In this document: in pieces, positions 13,166 to 24,758 of the stretch | How positions within the stretch are numbered: the stretch's first letter is position 1 | How the letters are laid out: the number at the start of each line of letters is the position of its first letter | Assembly: GCA_010909165.1 (NCBI GenBank) | Contig: MU008180.1 | Span: 805,884-869,883, forward strand | Direction: 5' to 3' | DNA: 64,000 bases | Source: Anthoceros angustus | Taxonomy: Eukaryota; Plantae; Anthocerotophyta | The notes under the pieces: model-generated | What the model was told of the DNA's origin: nothing | Seen by the model: the letters and a program-made list of their open reading frames with translations, nothing else | The model's database searches: none | Program-made: the position numbers and the translations under genes

Positions 13166-14112
13166 GTTGCTGTTTCTCAGGCCTGCTGCACGCAATACAT
13201 ACGCCCTGTAAGGCCAAATCAAAGAAAACTACTAGGTATATACGTAATAAAGAATAATAAAAACACATAAATATCACAATTTGAAGTAAAATAAGTACAC
13301 ACAATGCTTCAATTCAAGAGTTGTGGATTTCCTTCTTTGTGTACCGGAGCTGAGCGGACCTGTCCAAGAGTAGGTACTATATACATATAAATATCTTTGA
13401 GGTATTTTTAGTTTGGTTGACTTAGATTGACTTTGACTATGAATTTATTTATTCTCCAGAGAGACGTGAACATTTTTGGGGAATAAGAGTTATATTTCTA
13501 CGAGCTACATATTGGTCAAACTCACACGCCATTGATAACCCTTCTTCATGCTCTTGAGTACACTAATGCAAGTAATTGTATTTCATTTCTAGTAAAGTAG
13601 ATCAGGAAATTTCATTCCACTATGTAAATCCCCGATATATTCAAAAAATAATTAAAATATAATAATTTATGCAAATTTTAATCCCATCAATTGGATCAAA
13701 TAACTTCATTTAAATGGGCTAATCTTCATGGGCTCATGAACAAGGAGCTCCATGTATCTTGTATGTGAGATGACAATGTCAAACAAAGCACACCATAGTG
13801 TAGTGCAAGTGTACCTCTATTTAAAAATGATGAAAGTTTACCATTATTGAATTATCCGCACCGATGGTCTCTGCACTTGAAGGGAACTAATGAGAGATAT
13901 ATAATTTAGTTGCAAATAAAATGGATTTTTGATAGAGGATTGCAACGTCCACCACTCTCCTCTCCCTAAAGATATCTAGTAAGAAAAGAGCTTACGAAGA
14001 TGAAGCACAATATCTAATTAGTTATTCATAGTGATATTATGATTGATATTGTGATAAAATATGATATTATATTGACATAATTACATATTACTATACTTAG
14101 ATAAAGTACGGG

Positions 14113-14304
14113 TTGTCCCTTTCTTATTTCACAGCTTACTTCAGACAGCGAGTCTCCGTTGCTCTTCAAAGGGCCATCTCGACGACGGCAATCCTTCACA
14201 AGGCGGCAACAGCAAGTGATGCTTCTTCCTCTTTCTCCGTCATTTACAGGCCATTTGTTCTTCCTGCATACGATGTTCTAGGAGCAGTAGGTAACTTTAG
14301 GTAG
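14113..14304 (+). mobile_element. 3' fragment of a CRE/NeSL-like non-LTR retrotransposon (restriction-like endonuclease C-terminus)
   Basis: AYFRQRVSVALQRAISTTAILHKA matches the recalled RLE C-terminal motif F.QR.S.A.QR.NA..I. Confidence 0.5.
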
Positions 14305-15038
14305 GGCTTAGTCGTTCTTTTTCACCCTGATCCCTGAGGTCCACCTTCATTGTTACGTGCTAGATGGGTTTTTCCCCATCGTTTTTTCTCTCAATAAACA
14401 CAAATCGTGGATAAAGTAAAGCTCTTAGACTTTTAATTAAACTCCATGCCTAATACGATAAGAATTAGGAGGTACGATTGTAGAAAAAGGAAGAGAACCC
14501 ATAAGTAAGGCGTTACGGACCGCGTCAACGAATTCGTCTCAACAGCCATTGAGCATGGGGTTTCGAGGCACATGCCTCGATTCTTTGGAACTGACTTGGA
14601 CATTCATGCCCACCAGATTTGCGTGAAAGTGGAAGGCGCAAGGGGAATATGCGGTGGGGTTGCTCTGTAGGTCTGGCTTGTCTTTCAGAGCAAGGTATCC
14701 GTTCATGACATGTTACCAGAGTGTCCAACATTTCTTCACCTACCTAGGCCGTTCACTCGCATCTATGTGTCTGAGAGAGAGTGCCTCCCACAGAAACGTA
14801 TGTAGTACCTAGGCGTTTTCTTTTGACGGTTCACGGTGTTCCCGGGCCCAGGTTTCTTCATGCAAGCAAAAGGGTAAAGACTAGACAAAAACCGAGATCA
14901 GGAATGGCGTCAAGGATAAACCTCGACAACACACACTTGTTTCAAAAACTATGATTACCGGCATTGGAGGTATCTGCTACATTGAGTCTCAAACCTTGAG
15001 TCCCGGAGACAAGAGGTTTGTATCGAGGGCTATTCAAG

Positions 15039-16742
15039 TTATACGAACCTGTTGATGATGGAGAGACAGGAGGAACGGTACCCCGAACCAAATAGGTTGT
15101 AATGGTTGAGGTAGTGGTAGAGCTTATAGAGCTCGGCCCTCTCCTCAAACCCTGATTGCTTTGGGAGCACCTAAAAGGCCATGAACAACAGATTGGGTAT
15201 TAAGCACGAAAGATTTGGAGCATGGAGCATGCTGATTTCACCTAACACACCAACCTCAAAGTAGGCGTTGTAGAAACTGTTGTTAAAACTGGCACACCAA
15301 GACATCCCAAACTCGGCCTCGTTGTGACCATCTGCAGCCACAAGTAGCGTTTTGACTTGGAATGGTGTGCAGATTAATAGGATTTGAGGCTGGTAGGGAA
15401 ATCAGAGGACTCACAGTAGCAAGCTGGATCCAATATCACCGGCGAACCCTGCTTGTCAGCAGAGATGTTGCCACTCCACAAGTCCCCGTGCAGAAGACAG
15501 GGCTTCACTTCCACATCCTTCATCAGGGAAGGCAGCTTTGCCAGTAACTGTTGTCCTGCCAACTCATCCCACTTATCGCGTTATCTTTCTTCCTCGTGTA
15601 CAGCTTTCTAGAGAAGGCAAATACTCGGATAGCGGCATCGGGAAACACACCCTTCTGATACAGATCGTTGTCTTGGTATTGGTCTTTAATGAGTTTGAGC
15701 TGAAAACCAAGTCTGCTGTCGCGAAAGAACGTGACCCAGTCTGCTGTCCAGGGGTTTTTCTGAGGGGTACTGCGGCAGATGAAACAGAGTTAGCCACGAC
15801 ACATACCTACAAGCAGCTTGCAAAATGCAGGAAGCGCCTCACCTGCCAATCGTGTTGTCCACATGAAAACCAAAACCCTTGTCTGACACACCAGCTTTGT
15901 GCATCTCTGCCAGTTGGCGTCCTAGCTCTGCCTGTGATTGCACTCTGGGTGACGAGGGAAAAAACGAAGCCACTTTGCATACCAATCCGCAATGAGTTAG
16001 GACTTGCAGGTAGCGGGCATGATGCAGTGCACCTGACTTTTGCCAGAACCAAACTCTATGAACTCCATAATGATGAAAGAACCTCGTCCTGGCAAGGATC
16101 CAACCTGGTGACGTTTCCGACAAAGCATATGAAAGACAGAAGGCGGGCATCCGCATGGAATCTACATACATAAGACCGGGTGCCGGTGCGAGACAACGAA
16201 CCTTGAAAGGTTTGGGCACACGAATCGTGCCGGTAGCATACATGGCATCCAGTCCAGCAGCTTCTCCCTCAAACATCGCAGGCTCAAAATCTCTGAGTGA
16301 CAGAAGCCCCGTGGTAAGCTCACGTTGCCAGCAACTCACAACCGGGAGAACTGCACAGATTTTCAATACTCTGCCTGTTGGTCTTCACAAAGAAGGAACC
16401 AGCATCAGTGTCATATCGATTGGCGGTGCTGATACAGCCTCCTCCAACAGCCGAGATCTGTTTGATTGCCGAGGCTCCCCCTTGGTCAAGAATCCACTCC
16501 CTCACAGGGTCTCCCGCCATCACAGCCTCTGCACATTGCACCCCCGCCTTCATATTTCCTTGTCCGAAGCAGCGGAACGCGAAAACGCGACTTGTTCACT
16601 CACTGATGCTAAGTCGGTTGCGCCTGGCAGGGATGCCTACAATGCCTATCCCGTTGTGAGTATCCAGCGCCCAGGGCGTTCTGGATGGTTGAAGTAGCAG
16701 CCTCGTGGATGGAGACCCCTGGATTCCCGCCACCGCAGCCAT
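15039..16742 (-). CDS. Fructosamine kinase family protein (protein-ribulosamine 3-kinase, FN3K-RP), likely plastid-targeted, multi-exon
   Basis: Exons: VGGGCISTANRYDTDAGSFFVKTNR, MFEGEAAGLDAMYATGTIRVPKPFK, LGRQLAEMHKA..FGFHVDNTIG, PCLLHGDLWSGN..VILDPACY, LYKLYHYLNHYNLFGSGYRSS; Ser/Arg-rich transit-like first exon from 16742; stop at 15039-15041. Confidence 0.92.
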
Positions 16743-17324
16743 GCAGTCTGTTTGTGAGAGAGCTGAATTCCGAGTACCACGAACTCGGGATCTCTGGACC
16801 GTCAAGCGAATTCTGCTCTGCTGCCACTCTTCTGTTTCTCTTCCAACTTGTGCTAATGTAATGAGCTGGGCAATCAGCTCCAGGCTTTCTTGGTTTTGCG
16901 AACAACTGCATGCTGCTCTGTCCAGGAAAATCGTAGAGCCCTTCGATGCAGCTGGTGACAGACAGCCTGCTTATCCATGGGATGGCTGGATAAGCAGCAA
17001 CCGGGAGAGGTAATTCGCGATAATAGCACTTGAGACTTGCTGTGAGAGCAGAAGTGATGAAAGTGGCGATGTGTTCCTCGAGGCGATAGGTACACGGAGA
17101 AGCTGGTTATCGAATTGGTGGATCGCGGATATTTCTGCCCTAATATTGGGGAAGCTTGTGCGACGCCTCATCGCTCATCGCGGCCAGGAACGAAGGGATT
17201 GTCCCGTCTCCAGCAGGAGCGGGTGCAAACAGCCACGCTGCTACGCAGCGTGTGATTTTTTGCACGCCAGATCCATCACATCGCCGTGCAGGAAATTCTG
17301 TGTTTCAGCTCCGTGCCGTCCAAG

Positions 17325-19038
17325 ATGAGTGCGGTGGTGTGTCCCTTCTCCAGACTTGGGATCAGCAGTGCCGAAAGGCCAGTGAAGGATCAGGAGAAGC
17401 GGCAAGAGGGAGATGAGCATCGGGGTGGCAAGGATCGCGAGCAGGCTTCAGCTCAAGAGTGTGAACAGCAAGGGGAGGAGAAGAACGGTGAGGCTGTGAA
17501 AGCCGGGGATGATGTCAAGAGTCCTGGTGCTGCAAAATGTCCGCTGGGGTACGATTCCGGATCGTTCAAGATCGGGCCTCTGAGTTGTGTAGTATGCCGG
17601 GCACTTCTCTTCGATTCCTGTCGATGTGTGCCCTGTGGCCATATCTATTGCAGGTTCGTTATTGACACCGGATGTTGCCAGTGCTGTCATCAATTGCAGT
17701 TTGTGCTCCTCTGACCTGACATTCTGATCGTGCGCAGGGGTTGCGTCTCGCAGTTTCAGGAGTGTCCACTCTGTGGTGCTGACATTAGGGAAACGGAACC
17801 TGATGAGCACCTGCAACAGATGGTGAACCAGTTCATTGAAGGACATGCTAGAATAAAAAGGCCTACTCTGAATGCTGGGGAAGATGGCGGGGAAGAAGCA
17901 AAGAAGGACGCCGTGACCTATGAGGATGTGTCGTTGGCAAGAGGCAGCTTTCTCCTGCAGCACGCGTTGAGGGTGAGTGGAACAAGCTCAAGTGCTCGTG
18001 TTTGTTATAAATGGATGGATCATGACTGTTGCTCTCCTTGGTGTTTTTGTGCAGGCTTTCCAGGCTCGCAACCTGGCGAGCGCGAAAGCAAGGCTGACAT
18101 TGTGTGTGGAGGATACAAATGAGGAGCTTGAAAGAGATCGTTCCAACCCAACTGTTTCCTCGCAGCTTGGGGCGGTTCTTGGTATGCTGGGGGACTGCTG
18201 GTAAGCTAGTTGGTCGGAGTCTCAAAATGCCTAGTGTGACAGCAGTGACTCAGATATGTATGTCTTCGTGCAGTAGAGCAATGGGTGACACCGATCTTGC
18301 AATTACGCACTATGAGAGGAGCGTGCAGCTACTTGAGGACCTGTCGCACAAGGACTCGGAGGTTTGACACCTCTTTTCCCTTCCAGTCCTTGCTCTACAC
18401 TGAACAGCCACCTAATCTAATCTAACCTAACCTTGCCCAGCACTTCTTTTCTCATGGGGTTCCATGAATCGAACAGATGGTGCATGCACTTTCAGTGTCT
18501 CTGAACAAGCTCGGAGACCTGCGATACTATGCCGAGGATCTGGCTGCTGCACGTGCATATTATAAGCGTGCCCTGGACGTCCGGAAGAAGTCTCTGACGG
18601 ACTCCAAGGTGCTATCAGCTCAGGTAAGGACCATGATGGCTTCTCCTTCCAGTCGTACATGAGGCATTCAGCTTTGGCGACACTGACGTATTTGGGCCGT
18701 GGGCAGTTGCTAGACGTTGCCGTGTCCTTGGCGAAGGTGGCGGACGTGGATCGGGCCCTAGGCAACGAGCAAGCCGGTAGCGAAGGGTTCCAAGAGGGTA
18801 TCAAAACTCTGGAAAGCCTCTCTTGGGACAAGAGCTGTCAAGATCCAACTTTGAAAGAGAAGGTATGTACATCTCATCCCGTGTCCCCCCTTTCCGTGAT
18901 GTTTGTTGGACGCAGCCCAGAGTGCTTCCCGTTGGAAGGAGCCCAGAGTTACCTCTAACCACAGCCTTTGTCGTGACGGCGGTGTAGTGGACTTCTGTTC
19001 TCAGCTTTCTTCGCGCCCAGGTGCCAACCCAGCAGTAA
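17325..19038 (+). CDS. NCA1: NCA1 (NO CATALASE ACTIVITY 1) RING + TPR catalase chaperone, multi-exon
   Basis: KCPLGYDS..FKIGPLSCVVCRALLFD..CVPCGH, CPLCGADI, QFIEGHARIKR, SQLGAVLGMLGDC, LSVSLNKLGDLRYY, LDVAVSLAKVADVDR all match recalled Arabidopsis NCA1 segments. Confidence 0.95.
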
Positions 19039-19156
19039 AATCGGCGATGAGAGGAAACCCTATATTCTGTAAATGTGTACATAAATGAGCTGAGAGCGCC
19101 TTCTTGACGAGATTTGCATGTGTGCCTTGCGAGTGATTAAGTGAGCCGCGCAGGGG

Positions 19157-20688
19157 TCATGAGATCACCTCTGTGTGTGGCCTGAATTTGTATGGTCGCC
19201 GAGGGGGAAGGATGAGCGCATGGTCGCGACGTTTCTCCTGGATCTCACGCTTCAAGACGTCCTCCACGTTGAATGCCGCTGCCGCCAGCTGAAGGGGCAT
19301 CCGCTTGAACACCGAAGTGCTTCCCGCCATCGCCTCTGCGGCGGGTCTGCAATAGCATTGCCCGCTTGTTAGACGTGCCGTGAGCAAAATCAACGGAGAG
19401 CCAAATCCACTCACTCGAGCTCTGCTTTCCTTGCAGATTGAAGAAGGCGATCCTCTCCCAGCCTTCGTCGCCGGCGGCCCTGACTGAGGCGAAGAAGTGC
19501 GGCTGCACGTACGCCTCGCCTGCCCTCACATCTGCTCTCAGCAACCGTCTACCTTGGTTGCTCACTATTTGAAATCGGCCGGAGCCCCTGCGATGAAGAC
19601 CTTGTGGTGGGCATTGGAGAGCCAGGACGGCGCTGTCAGGGCTCTCTGCGCATTTGCATCAATGCATTGTCAGCTCATGGCAGCCCAGCCCAGCGAATTC
19701 TAAGCTCGGAGCGAGATGAGTTTTAGGATCCGGATGTGCCCACCCACCGGTTCCAGCCTGACGTAGTTGGCAGCCAGACGCGTTTTCTCCAGAAGCGGCA
19801 GCTTGTAGCTGTTCACGGTGTGGAGCTTTCCGCCATCCCTGACGCTCACTTCAGGCGTGGAGCCGCCCAAGCTGTAACTGAAGTCCGCATTGCCCAGCAG
19901 GCCCTCCGGATCCGGATCCCCTACAATCTCATCACTGCGCCTACCGGTACCTGCGAATTCCACAAGCGACATGGGATCCATCTCCCTCTCCACTCGCACT
20001 ATGCCCAAGCCGGGCTGCGACCGCAGCAGCTTGTGCACCCTGTCCTCGTCCATGTCCCAGGCTGCCGACAACAGACGCGGGTTGAAGCCTTGCAGCATGC
20101 TCGCACTCTGCTCCTCCTGCCCTCCCAGCAGGTAGAAAGGCTGCCACCACGTGCCACTCCACGCTTGTGATCCAACATCCACAACAAGGTATGTCACATG
20201 CACGCATCCATGCCAGGAACGTACCGTGGACTCCTCGGACCCGGCGGTGTCGCTTACGGCCACAATCACCAGGTCCTGCTCGCCGTCGTTGTACACCCAG
20301 TGAGCGACGCCAGCCAGGCCTCCAACTCCCTCACCTGCAACACATTTGCACCCGGACGCCTGCAGGCCATGGCCAGTCTGGAGCAACCGAAAGTGGCGAC
20401 TGGCGTAGATGCCACTCAACTTGGACGACGTAGCCCAGAGTGGAGGAGTCGGAGTACTTGGGAAGCAGCAGCCCTCGCTGGGTGAGCGTCAGGCGACCCA
20501 GCCCTCCTGCAGGCCGGGAGTGCAGGAGCTCCAGACTTCCAGCGACCCGCCTTCTAGAAGCCTTGATTTCGTGCCTGGGCTTCTACAGCCTCAGGTCCCG
20601 CCCGGACAGGTCCCTCAGACCTGTCGAGGCCCCCATACGCAGCAGCCAGCAGCCACAAAAGCCACCGCGCTGCTGCCCGCCGTGCCAT
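19157..20688 (-). pseudogene. 11S globulin/legumin-like bicupin with signal peptide; several apparent frameshifts (pseudogene or assembly errors)
   Basis: EGGSLEVW, GLGRLTLTQRGLLLPKYSDSSTLGYVVQ, AGVAHWVYNDGEQDLVIV, FYLLGG..SMLQGF, GGKLHTVNSYKLPLL, APSWLSNAH, GSGRFQIV..GEAYVQPHFF, MAGSTSVFK; these pieces lie in different frames. Confidence 0.8.
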
Positions 20689-21052
20689 TGCGGCAGCATC
20701 CATCGACCTCCATCATGCGCAGCAGCCTCGAGCTCTTTATGTACGGCACTGAGTCTGGCTCCATCCGCACCCGCATGCAGGGGAGGGCAGGCTCACGTGC
20801 CTCGGCTTCCAAGCAAGGCCTAACACCTCCTGCATGCAAGGGCTCTCCGGTCGACTGGATCGCTGACCTCGGCTCTTGCCAAGGCATGGATCATCCGTCT
20901 CCTCTGCAGCCTCCAGTCCCTTCGCCAAGTCCACATCAACGAAAAACGCCTGGTTTGAAAGAAAGGAATGTCTTTTTTCACACTAACAGGAAAGGAAACA
21001 ACCGGGCATCAAAAAGGCTGTCCTGCACATCGCACACACCTCCAGAGCAGGC

Positions 21053-23637
21053 ATGGCCGACCGAATCAGGCTGGCGATCGGCCTGTGCACTTGCGCCCTC
21101 CTGGCGTTGGCCTCGCTGCCAGGAGCTGCTGCTGATGTCTCTTCTGGGACAGCTGACGGTGCTGAGGAGTGGGGCTACATCGACGTCCGTCCTGGTGAGC
21201 TCCAGCGGGGCAGGGCGCAGGTGGCTTGCCTCATTCAAGGCTGCAGTGCACTCACGCGGACTTGAAATGCTGGGATTGCAGGCGCCCACCTTTTTTGGTG
21301 GTTGTACTACAATGACGGCCTTCCAGCCGATGAAGTACCTATCGTCATGTGGTTCCAGGGTGGCCCTGTAAGTCACTCAGAACGTGCCTTGATGCATTGG
21401 GCACGAATGGGATGGGAGGGACCGCTTCTCATCGGACTTGGGTGTTTTAGGGGGCGTCTGGAGTGGGATTCGGCAACTTCGAGGAAATAGGGCCTTTGAC
21501 CACAGACCTGCGACCTCGGGAGAGCACTTGGCTCAAGGCTGCTCATCTTCTCTTCGTTGTGAGTGTCAGAGTCGTCCAGCGATGCCTGTTTCTGAAACAG
21601 TTTGTTGTAGAGGGAAGCTGAAGGAATTTTCCATCGTATTTGGGTGCTTTCTGATTCTTGGGTTTGCCGTTGCTGGCACGTTCAGGACAATCCGGTGGGA
21701 ACAGGTATAACTCCTCATAGTTCATGTCAATGAGCACGTCGTTGTTTTCAACATCTGTTTTGCCAGTCCCCTTGGTATTGTACTTCTAACCTGTTTCAGA
21801 AATTTTTTGAATAGGTTTCAGCTATGTGGATGAACCGGCTCTTCTGACAACTACCAACCAGCAAGTTACCAACGATTCAGTCTCTTTCCTGGTGGCATTT
21901 TTCAAGACTCATGATTCTCTTCGAAAAGCACCCTTCTACATTGTTGCCGAGTCTTATGGCGGCAAGTTTGCAAGTGAGCTGGGTGTGGCTATCCATGAGC
22001 TTCTTGGATTGGGAATCCTTGATTTCAACTTCAAAGGTAAGTGCAGTCAGAGGGTGCACAAACTGAATAGCGTCACATGTGAGGATGATGTGGGACATGA
22101 GAAAGCTGAATGGGCTGCAACTGCTTTCAGGAGTGGCACTTGGAGACACATGGATCTCTCCCATCGATTTTCTGGTATGTCCGAACCTCATCTGGACTTT
22201 GAGATGGTAGGAACCTAGTGGAGAGAATTAAAGATGCAGCTTACGTTTGTTGTGCAGTATGCCTGGGGACCGCTGTTGAAGGCCTTTTCACTTATTGATG
22301 AACGTGGCACAGAATTGCTGCAAAGGTACTCTGCTTGGGTTGAAGGCTATGTGGTTGTGACATTAAAATTTCATGCATCCCAACTCTTGTACGCTGGCCC
22401 ATTCTGGGCAGATTTGCAGATGCAGCTCAAGCAGAGATAGACAAGGGGCAATTTGTAAATGCCACATTCATTTGGGGTGATATGGAGGGAGTAGTGGAGG
22501 AACTCACTGACAATGTGGTATGCAGCACACTTGCTGGGGCTCAATCTGTTGCAATCATTTTGAACTTTGAACCATTTCTGACGTTCAGTTCATTGCAGGA
22601 TTTCTACAATTTGCTGAACCATGAAACAGACTACGCTGAAGCAGCAGGGTTGTTGGGTCTCAACTCCAGACATGTTTTAAGATTTCAACCTCCCTCGCTG
22701 GAGCAAACCATGAACGGGCCTGTCAGGCAGAAGCTGGGCATCATACCAACCGAAATCAGGTCTGTGTTTTTGCTCTTGTTGCACCACAGTGTTGTAGGCC
22801 TTTGTAGTTCTTCATTTCATCCTTTTGGTTTGCATGCAGGTGGTCGCAGTCATCCGGTCAGGTTTTCCAAGCACTTGGAGCCGATTTTATGAAAGACACT
22901 ATTGGCCAAGTAAGTATCAAGGCTCTGCAATGTGGTTAGAGATTATGAACGCCCATGAGTGCCACCACCCTTACATGAATGTTCGCAGGTTGATAGGTTA
23001 CTACAGTATGGTGTTGATGTCACTATCTACAGTGGCCAGGTGAAACAAATTCACAACACTCCGCAAAGTCAAGTTTTTTGGGACCCAGTTTAGGTTCTGC
23101 TCTGTCAAAGTATTGATAATTTCTTATGCCACTGTCAGTTGGATCTCATCTGCTGCACAACTGGAACTGAAGCATGGGTTCAAAAGCTAAAGTACGTGTC
23201 TGGGCCACTGACCAGAAGCTTGTGGAATTCCTGCATTGACACCTGCTTGCTGTTTGCTCAGTGACCTCGAGGTGTATTCAAGTTTAGTGACATGTCAGTC
23301 CATTTCTGTCTGCTAGGTGGCCCCATCTACCTGCCTTCAACAAGGCTAAGCGGGCAGCTATCACATGTGAAAAGGGTGAAGCAGCAGCCTTCTTCAAAGA
23401 GTACAGAAATCTGAGGTTTTACTGGATTCTAAATGCTGGGCACATGGTACGTTCCCGCTGTTATGTTCAGCACGTTTTGCAGCATAGCTTCCTTCGGTAA
23501 CTGTCTTGGAGCTAAATATTTGTGGTTTTGCTTCTGCCTCGTAACAGGTTCCTTCAGATAACCCATGCATGGCGTTGAAGATGTTACGCCTAATAACAGG
23601 ACAATCAGTCACCAATTCAAGGTGGTCAGCCGTTTGA
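21053..23637 (+). CDS. SCPL51: Serine carboxypeptidase-like 51 (S10 family), secreted, many exons
   Basis: Signal peptide; EEWGYIDVRP, AHLFWWLY, WFQGGP/GASG, DNPVGTG/FSYVD, catalytic AESYGGK, LDLICC, YWILNAGHM/VP; stop at 23635-23637. Confidence 0.9.
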
Positions 23638-24758
23638 AACTGTGTTTCCTCATGAAGTGTCCCATAACATGGATTCATAATCATTGTTCAACTGTTCAGA
23701 CGGTAATTGAACCTAACAAGGCCTCCGTAATGCTTGGCTGGTAGTTTGTGGTACCTTGTCTTTCCTCAGTTGTGCGCTTTTGCAGATAGAAAGTGACATC
23801 CTTGCTAGGTGTCTGGGCAACTAGGGACTTCACAACATATTAACACGTAGGTCTTCTGCGGAGGCCTACATGTTCATATGGAAGTTCACCGGATCAGAGC
23901 GATTGAATTTGGTGCTGGTTGCTGCAGGACAGAGGCTGGGATCGAACTACAGATACCCTACCGCTTTGTTCGTCCCACTCTATTGTGCCAGCTGATGAAT
24001 CGAGCCTCTCTCTTTTCATCAGCTTGTTCTTGTACCTACTTGTGTACGTAATTGTGAAATACATATTGCCCAGCTACTTTCAATTCTGATGTACACTGCC
24101 GTCTCTGTCAAGTTATTTTTTTATCATTAAGAGTGAAGGTGGGGGATGGCCAACATATTCTACCATGGGAACTCCGACTGAACCGCGGTGCACTACGCCA
24201 CAAGAGCAACTCCGACTGGACAGCCAGCACATGAATACTGCAATCTTCCAAAATTGTGCCCAACGAGCAAAGATAACACTAGTAACAATGGTCCTACTTG
24301 AGTGAGGTCCAGCTACCTCTGGAACTTTGATGAAACCACATCTAAGAGTGGCCAACACGAACACCCGGACCTATATAAGGAACAATGAGAATCTAGCTAG
24401 TCTGGCATGTGCATCAAGCACCTCATGCTGTGTGGCATGTGTCAGCTCGCGTCAATTTCCTGGGATCCTGTTGCATCTATGTTGCCATCCACTGAAGATC
24501 CAATTTCATTCACAGGCATGTGTACTGTCAAATTACCTGAGAGTTCTGTTCAGTCGACTGTAGCATAACCGCTGACACGAGGCCAGCTGCTTGCTTCAGC
24601 CAGGAGAATGCTGGAAGGCCGAGCCAACTCTCCCTTCTCAAGACCGGCTCCATCCGTCGAAGGAGAGGTTGAGCATCTTACCCTCCTCTCTCTGGCCAAG
24701 CTGGCCATGCAATCAGGGGGTAACTGAATGAAGCAGTTCTGAGAGAAGCCAAACGATC

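Noticed and set aside
15538-16697. Long plus-strand ORFs (211 aa and 180 aa)
   Set aside because: Antisense shadows of the GC-rich FN3K-RP exons with no recognisable motifs.
20409-21371. 320-aa plus-strand ORF
   Set aside because: Overlaps the cupin antisense and SCPL51 in another frame; low-complexity and explained by high GC.
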